From assembly GCA_963706325.1 (NCBI GenBank), contig CAVPLT010000001.1, forward strand, positions 672,001 to 736,000: 64,000 bases of DNA, in the 5' to 3' direction. The stretch's first letter is position 1. Every line of letters starts with the position of its first letter. Shown here piece by piece: positions 58,666 through 64,000 of this stretch. Below the pieces are notes generated by a model. It did no database searches and was not told the DNA's origin. It was given only the letters and a program-made list of their open reading frames with translations. The DNA comes from an uncultured Nitrospiraceae bacterium. GTDB taxonomy: Bacteria; Nitrospirota; Nitrospiria; Nitrospirales; Nitrospiraceae. The translations under genes were made by a program, and so were the position numbers.

Positions 58666-61257
58666 TTAGGTGGTCGCTCGAGCCAGCACCGCTCGAATCG
58701 CATCGCGGTCGCGCTCACGAAACACAACGGCAATATGCAGTTGCTCCAGATATTGCTCTAGCGTCTTTCCGCCGAGATCGATCTTTCGTGAAGTGAAGAA
58801 GGCCCTCACGTCTCGCTCCAGTTCAGGAGTCGAGAGACCCACAATACCACCGCACATGCGCCGCAGGCCGCTCTTGGGAAACAGCCGATCCATGCGTTCC
58901 CAATTCGCCTTCACAAATTCCCAGGCTTTCTCGCGGATATACACATTATGCAGTAGGGCGCTGACGAGAAAGGGGGCGTCCTGAGTGCGGATTTCGTCCG
59001 TCAGGGTCTTGGCGAGAGTTCGCTCAAGGAGCTCGGGTGCTCGAAAAGTCGCGAGGGAAAAAAGGTACCGCCGCTCCTCTTGCGGCGTGGACGCTTTGCG
59101 GAAGCGGTCGAGGAACTCCTCATAGCGAGCCTGATCGCCCGTATACGCGAGAATGGAGACAAGGGCTGGAATCACATTGGGATCGATGTTTCGTGTGTGC
59201 TGCTGAAGTGCCGTATAGGCCTCTGCCGCCTGGGCTTGGATGCCCTCATCACGGCCCAAGGTCCCCAAGGCTCGAATGACGTCGCCTCGCAACTCTTTCA
59301 CCAGTTCGCGCTCATCGGCTCGGGGCGCCCAGCCAAGGTCTTGGAATGCCGGCGCCACACGGTTGCGTATGAAGGCAGCCAGCAAGGGCCGTTCCTTCTC
59401 TGTGAGCAAGTGATTCATCGTGGAAAACGACCCTAATATCACCGCCCAAACATGAGGATCTTTTTCGCCTTGGAAGTGTTGGGTCAAGGCTAGGTAGTCA
59501 GCGGGTGGCACCATGCCGGCTATAGTGGAAGCCCACGTATCGTTCAGCAGATTAAATCGCTCGACTGGTGCGAGGGCATGGAGGCCGGTCTGTTGCAGCT
59601 TGGCAAGCAAATCTGTGCTGTACCGAACACGGTAGAAGCCATGCCCATCCTCATTCGCCAACACTGAGGTCCAACCCTTGGGCAGAACCATGCGGGTCTC
59701 TTGGTCACTCAGTAGCACACGATGAGTTTCGATCCCCTGGGCTGTGGTGACGCGTAGTTGCATGGGAATGTGCCAGCGCTGCGCAGGTGCTCCAGGGGAC
59801 GTCGTCGAAGCATCCTCCGCATATGCGAACCGGTGCTGGGTGAGCGTCAGCGTGGAGGGAGAATCGGCCTGCAGTGTGACCAAAGGGTATCCGGGCGAAA
59901 AGATCCATTCGTTCATGAGCGCCGGAACATCCTGCTGCGCCGCCTGGCCCAGCGAGACCCAGAGATCTGTTGTTTCCGCGTTACCATAGGCGTGGGTCGT
60001 GAGATAGTGGCGGACGCCGTCTCGGAAAACTGTCGGACCGATATGCTGCTCCAGCATGCGTAGGACGGAAGCCCCCTTCTCGTAGGTCAGCACGTCGAAC
60101 ATCGCTTCGGCTTCCTTGGGCGCCCGAACGGGGAATTCAATCGGCCTGGTGCTGACAAGCCCATCCACCGACAAGGCAGCGGCGCGAGACACTCCAAAGG
60201 CGGTCCAGCGTTCCCATTCCGGTTTCCACGCATCGACGACCAGCATTTCCATGAACGTGGCGAAGGCTTCATTCAGCCAGAGTCCATTCCACCACGCCAT
60301 CGTTACGAGATCGCCGAACCACATGTGGGCATTTTCGTGGGCCACCACGTCTGCAATGCGTCCCTGTTCCGTATGGGTTGCAGTTCGTTGATCGATGAGC
60401 AAGGCGGTTTCCCGAAATGTAATCGCACCCAAGTTTTCCATCGCCCCGGACGCGAAATCGGGAATGGCAATCAGATCCAGTTTGTCGCCCGGGTAGGGGA
60501 TGCCGTAATAGGCAGCCAAGAAGTTCAGGGAATATACGGCGATGTCGTGACCGAATGCCGTGAGATGTTGTTTGCCCGGAACCGACCAGATGCGCACTGG
60601 TGTCCCATCTGCCAGGATCGGTGCAGTCGATTCAAGTCGACCGACGATGAAGGCCACCAGATACGTGGACATCTTCATAGACTCGGCGAATCGAAGGACT
60701 CGCTTCCCGCCTTCTTGCCGATCGTCTACGATCCGGGTATTCGAGATGGCCGTCAGTGCAGGATCGATCGCCAGGGTGACGGCAAAGACCGCTTTAAACT
60801 GAGGCTCGTCCCAGCAGGGGAAGGCGCGCCGCGCATCTGTCGCCTCAAATTGCGTGGCTGCCAAGTCATGTACGATGCCCTGCTCATCCCTGTAGTTGCT
60901 GCGATAGAAGCCGCGCAGCTTATCATTCAACGTCCCTCGAAAGGACAAGCTCAGCTTCCATTTTCCCGGTGGGACAACTGACGGAAAGCTGATGCGGCAT
61001 CGCTGGAGTTCTTCGTCCATATGCACCGTACCGTTGCGTGGCGACCCCTCTTCGCTTGATAAGATGGCGGACGACACCTCTAGCTCCGTGGCATTCAGCA
61101 CGATCTCAGCGGTGGGTTCGGCCACCGTCAGCGTCACGACCTCGTGGCCCGTAAATGAGTGGGAAGAGAGGTCGGGCTCGATTCGCATGTCGTAGTGAGT
61201 AGGAATGGTATGGCGTGGGAGTCGGTACGGATCGTGAGGCGTCGTTGATGATGACAT
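58666..61257 (-). CDS. pepN: M1 family aminopeptidase
   Basis: GAMEN, HENAH..W...E, YEKG, ERAP1-like C-terminus. Confidence 0.93.
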   Translation of the reverse strand: MSSSTTPHDPYRLPRHTIPTHYDMRIEPDLSSHSFTGHEVVTLTVAEPTAEIVLNATELEVSSAILSSEEGSPRNGTVHMDEELQRCRISFPSVVPPGKWKLSLSFRGTLNDKLRGFYRSNYRDEQGIVHDLAATQFEATDARRAFPCWDEPQFKAVFAVTLAIDPALTAISNTRIVDDRQEGGKRVLRFAESMKMSTYLVAFIVGRLESTAPILADGTPVRIWSVPGKQHLTAFGHDIAVYSLNFLAAYYGIPYPGDKLDLIAIPDFASGAMENLGAITFRETALLIDQRTATHTEQGRIADVVAHENAHMWFGDLVTMAWWNGLWLNEAFATFMEMLVVDAWKPEWERWTAFGVSRAAALSVDGLVSTRPIEFPVRAPKEAEAMFDVLTYEKGASVLRMLEQHIGPTVFRDGVRHYLTTHAYGNAETTDLWVSLGQAAQQDVPALMNEWIFSPGYPLVTLQADSPSTLTLTQHRFAYAEDASTTSPGAPAQRWHIPMQLRVTTAQGIETHRVLLSDQETRMVLPKGWTSVLANEDGHGFYRVRYSTDLLAKLQQTGLHALAPVERFNLLNDTWASTIAGMVPPADYLALTQHFQGEKDPHVWAVILGSFSTMNHLLTEKERPLLAAFIRNRVAPAFQDLGWAPRADERELVKELRGDVIRALGTLGRDEGIQAQAAEAYTALQQHTRNIDPNVIPALVSILAYTGDQARYEEFLDRFRKASTPQEERRYLFSLATFRAPELLERTLAKTLTDEIRTQDAPFLVSALLHNVYIREKAWEFVKANWERMDRLFPKSGLRRMCGGIVGLSTPELERDVRAFFTSRKIDLGGKTLEQYLEQLHIAVVFRERDRDAIRAVLARATT

Positions 61258-61439
61258 GATGTTCTCTATGGGTCGTGTAGGGTTAGCGGTTAGGATTGTG
61301 TGGCTCCACGCTGCCGCTGCGAGGAGGGCTGGTTCGGTGATCGTCCAAGCGCCCAACCACACAGCAGCCTTGGTGATGAGGCGTGCGGTAAGCAAGGCCG
61401 TCTGCCGGCGTGACAGTGGAGAGCCGAGGCATTCGCCAC

Positions 61440-62141
61440 TCATGACTCAGATGTAATTGTGACCTCGACGCCCTGCGCATGGCCGACGATCAAGATACTC
61501 GTTCGCCCGATAAACAAACCGGTTTCGACGATACCAGGAATTTGATTGAGCGCTATTTCAAGGCTGGCGGGGTCAACAATCGTCGGCATATGCAGGTCAA
61601 GGATCACGTGCCCCGCCTCGGTCTGAAAGACCTCTCCGTTGCGCTCGCGCAGGACCGCGGTTCCTCCTGATTCGCGTTCGATGTGGCGCGCAGTATTGCC
61701 CCATCCGAAGGGAACGACTTCAATCGGCAGGGGGAAACTGCCACCCAATGCCGGGACGAGTTTGGTGTGATCAACCATGACGACAAATTGTTTGGCTGCC
61801 GCAGCCACAATCTTTTCCTTCAGCAGCGCCCCTCCGCCTCCTTTCACCAGATTGAAGCGGGGATCGACTTGGTCGGCCCCGTCGATGGCGACATCGATCG
61901 TCCAGGCATTGTCGGATTCGACGAGGGGAATACCGGATTGTCTCGCCAGCGCGGCAGTATCGTGCGAGGTCGGTACGGCCTGGATCTTCAGTCCCATGCG
62001 CACGCGTTCACCAAGCGCCGTAATCAGGTGTTTCGCGGTCGTGCCGGTGCCAAGCCCGACGACCATGCCGTCGGTGACATAGTCGGTCGCTTTCAGCGCC
62101 GCCTGCCGCTTCTGGAAGTCGAGATCGGACTTGGGCGTCAT
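61440..62141 (-). CDS. rpiA: Ribose-5-phosphate isomerase A
   Basis: GLGTGTT, DGADQVD, KGGGGALLKEK. Confidence 0.97.
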   Translation of the reverse strand: MTPKSDLDFQKRQAALKATDYVTDGMVVGLGTGTTAKHLITALGERVRMGLKIQAVPTSHDTAALARQSGIPLVESDNAWTIDVAIDGADQVDPRFNLVKGGGGALLKEKIVAAAAKQFVVMVDHTKLVPALGGSFPLPIEVVPFGWGNTARHIERESGGTAVLRERNGEVFQTEAGHVILDLHMPTIVDPASLEIALNQIPGIVETGLFIGRTSILIVGHAQGVEVTITSES

Positions 62142-63229
62142 GATGGAATGGATAGTGCGAGTCGCGCGGCTACAGACGCCGCACCAAGCAGCGCGGTTTT
62201 GTCGTTCATCACGACTTTCACGGGAATCTGATTCATCAACCGTTTGTAACGGCCTTTGTTGGTGAAACCTCGCATGAAGGAGCCATCCTGCAGCTTTTTG
62301 AGGAGTTTCGGCGCAATGCCGCCGGCCACGTATACGCCGTCCAACGTCAGCCCCTTGAGTGCCAGATTGCCGGCCTCGGCGCCGTAAATCGACGCGAACA
62401 GGTCCAGGGCCTGTCTGGCGATCTCAGTTTGCCCATTGAGCCCTGCCTCGGCAATTTCAGCGGCTGGATCGCCCACCTTGATCTTTTCTGCCAGCCACGT
62501 CGGTTCATTTTTCTTGGTGTCACGCAAGTATTCATAGACCGCATGCAGGCCGGGGCCAGAGACGATGCGTTCATAGCTTACATGAAGATAGTTGCCGCGG
62601 AGATGCCGAAGCAGTTCAATCTCGCTATCACTGTTCGGCGCAAAGTCGACATGTCCGCCTTCCGAGGGCATGGGGCGATAGCGGGCGCCATCCCAGTAGA
62701 GAATGCATTCGCCGAGTCCGGTTCCTGCCGCGATAAGCGCCAAGGCTTGTTTTTTCTTGGGTGGAGCGCCGGCGTTCAGCACGACCACTTCATCGGGGCG
62801 TAGAAGGAGGATGCCATAGGCGGTGGCTTCCAAATCGTTAAGGAGCTGCACGTGGGCAATGTCGAACCGCTGTGCGAGCACACTTCCATCGACGACCCAG
62901 GGAAGATTGGTCGTGCGGCAGCGGTTATCGATCACTGGTCCGGCCACGCCGAAGCAGGCCGCCGTTAATGTGATCGGCTCGGGCGGCGGATTCGGCCTGT
63001 CCGTGAGCTCATCCTCACTCTTATTCTCGTCAGCCGCCTCATCTAGTGGCTCGCCTTCGGGGGAAGCCTTGGGTGGAAGGGTGCTGAGGAACTCTTCTAG
63101 GATTTCTTCTAGCGCTGCATAGTCCGCGCTATGAAAACTGTCGGCATGCACCGGTTCGATCCGATCGGTGATCCATTCGTAGATCGCCAGATTGGTTTTT
63201 GTGCCGCCGATATCGCCTGCCAGAATCAT
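62138..63229 (-). CDS. glk: Glucokinase
   Basis: LAGDIGGT, GVAGP, NDLEA, GTGLG, SEGGH. Confidence 0.96.
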   Translation of the reverse strand: MILAGDIGGTKTNLAIYEWITDRIEPVHADSFHSADYAALEEILEEFLSTLPPKASPEGEPLDEAADENKSEDELTDRPNPPPEPITLTAACFGVAGPVIDNRCRTTNLPWVVDGSVLAQRFDIAHVQLLNDLEATAYGILLLRPDEVVVLNAGAPPKKKQALALIAAGTGLGECILYWDGARYRPMPSEGGHVDFAPNSDSEIELLRHLRGNYLHVSYERIVSGPGLHAVYEYLRDTKKNEPTWLAEKIKVGDPAAEIAEAGLNGQTEIARQALDLFASIYGAEAGNLALKGLTLDGVYVAGGIAPKLLKKLQDGSFMRGFTNKGRYKRLMNQIPVKVVMNDKTALLGAASVAARLALSIPS

Positions 63230-63239
63230 GGCCCCCTCA

Positions 63240-64000
63240 TCACGATGGGAAATCGTGCACGGATGTAGACAACTCAGCTGCGGCGGCTTGATCCAGATAC
63301 CACAGTAAGCGTCCGCATTCCGGCTGGACTAATTCCGCGGGATAGAGAACGGGATCTGTTGGTTGCCGTTCAATCACGCGCTGTAGGATATGCGCTTTAT
63401 TGGAGCCGGTGACGAGAAACAGTATCACACTCGCATGATTGATCACACCTAGTGTCAACGTCAGTCGTGGTTGCGGGGCTTGCGGCGCGACGCTCGGTAC
63501 TACCCAACGTGTACGTTCTGTCAGGGATGCCGTGCCGGGAAACAGTGATGCGGTGTGACCATCCTCGCCCATTCCAAGCAATATGAGATCCAATATCGGC
63601 CATTGTCCTCGTGCCGTGGAGGTCAGACGACGGAGGGTGTCCTCATACTGCGCAGCTGCCGTTTCAGGCTGGTCTTCCCCTCGCATCCGATGGATTTGCG
63701 CGGGAGAGATGCGTAACGGGGAGAATAATACCTCATTGACCATGGCGTAGTTACTGTCAGGATGTGAAGGGGAGACGCCACGCTCATCCCCGAACAGAAA
63801 GTGTACTTTGCTCCAGTCCAACCGTCGTGCAAAGCTCGGCTTCGCCAAAAGTGAATAGAGTGCTTTGGGGGTTGAACCTCCCGATAGGGCAATTAAAAAA
63901 CGTCCCTGTCCCACAATCGCCTGTTCGCCAGACCGCAGAACGAAATCTGCCGCTTTTTTGGCCAGCTCCTGGGGGTCCGGGAAAATGTGTAGTTCCGGAG
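63240..64000 (-). CDS. pgl: 6-phosphogluconolactonase (5' end beyond the window)
   Basis: ALSGGSTP, FGDER, LGMGEDGHTASLFP; frame open to the window edge. Confidence 0.95.
   Translation of the reverse strand, partial: PELHIFPDPQELAKKAADFVLRSGEQAIVGQGRFLIALSGGSTPKALYSLLAKPSFARRLDWSKVHFLFGDERGVSPSHPDSNYAMVNEVLFSPLRISPAQIHRMRGEDQPETAAAQYEDTLRRLTSTARGQWPILDLILLGMGEDGHTASLFPGTASLTERTRWVVPSVAPQAPQPRLTLTLGVINHASVILFLVTGSNKAHILQRVIERQPTDPVLYPAELVQPECGRLLWYLDQAAAAELSTSVHDFPS

Overview
Bacterial chromosomal window. Gene order and protein families suggest Nitrospira/Nitrospirota (inference). Bases 1-9300 are an accessory island at the 3' end of tRNA-Val(CAC). Its core is a hairpin origin, a Rep_trans (NicK/RstA-like) relaxase, an HTH excisionase and a tyrosine integrase whose reading frame runs into the tRNA and stops in the anticodon loop. 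Its cargo is an MltF-like transglycosylase fused behind a probable qatA (KAP NTPase) relic, a TlpA redoxin, and small modular ORFs with two copies of a non-coding motif. The left att site was not found in the window. The rest looks like core genome: trmFO-xerC-hslV-hslU-argB, a candidate ~190-nt rod-like ncRNA, rimO, a two-component system with degQ, an ankyrin/TPR-DUF898-M48 operon, an orphan sdhA/frdA, gcvP, gcvT, a secreted repeat peptide with a sigma54-like promoter, tRNA-Gly(GCC), moxR-DUF58-tgpA, tesA/ybbA/ybbP and pgl-glk-rpiA-pepN. No CRISPR array or rRNA was seen. All calls come from reading motifs by eye; no searches were run.
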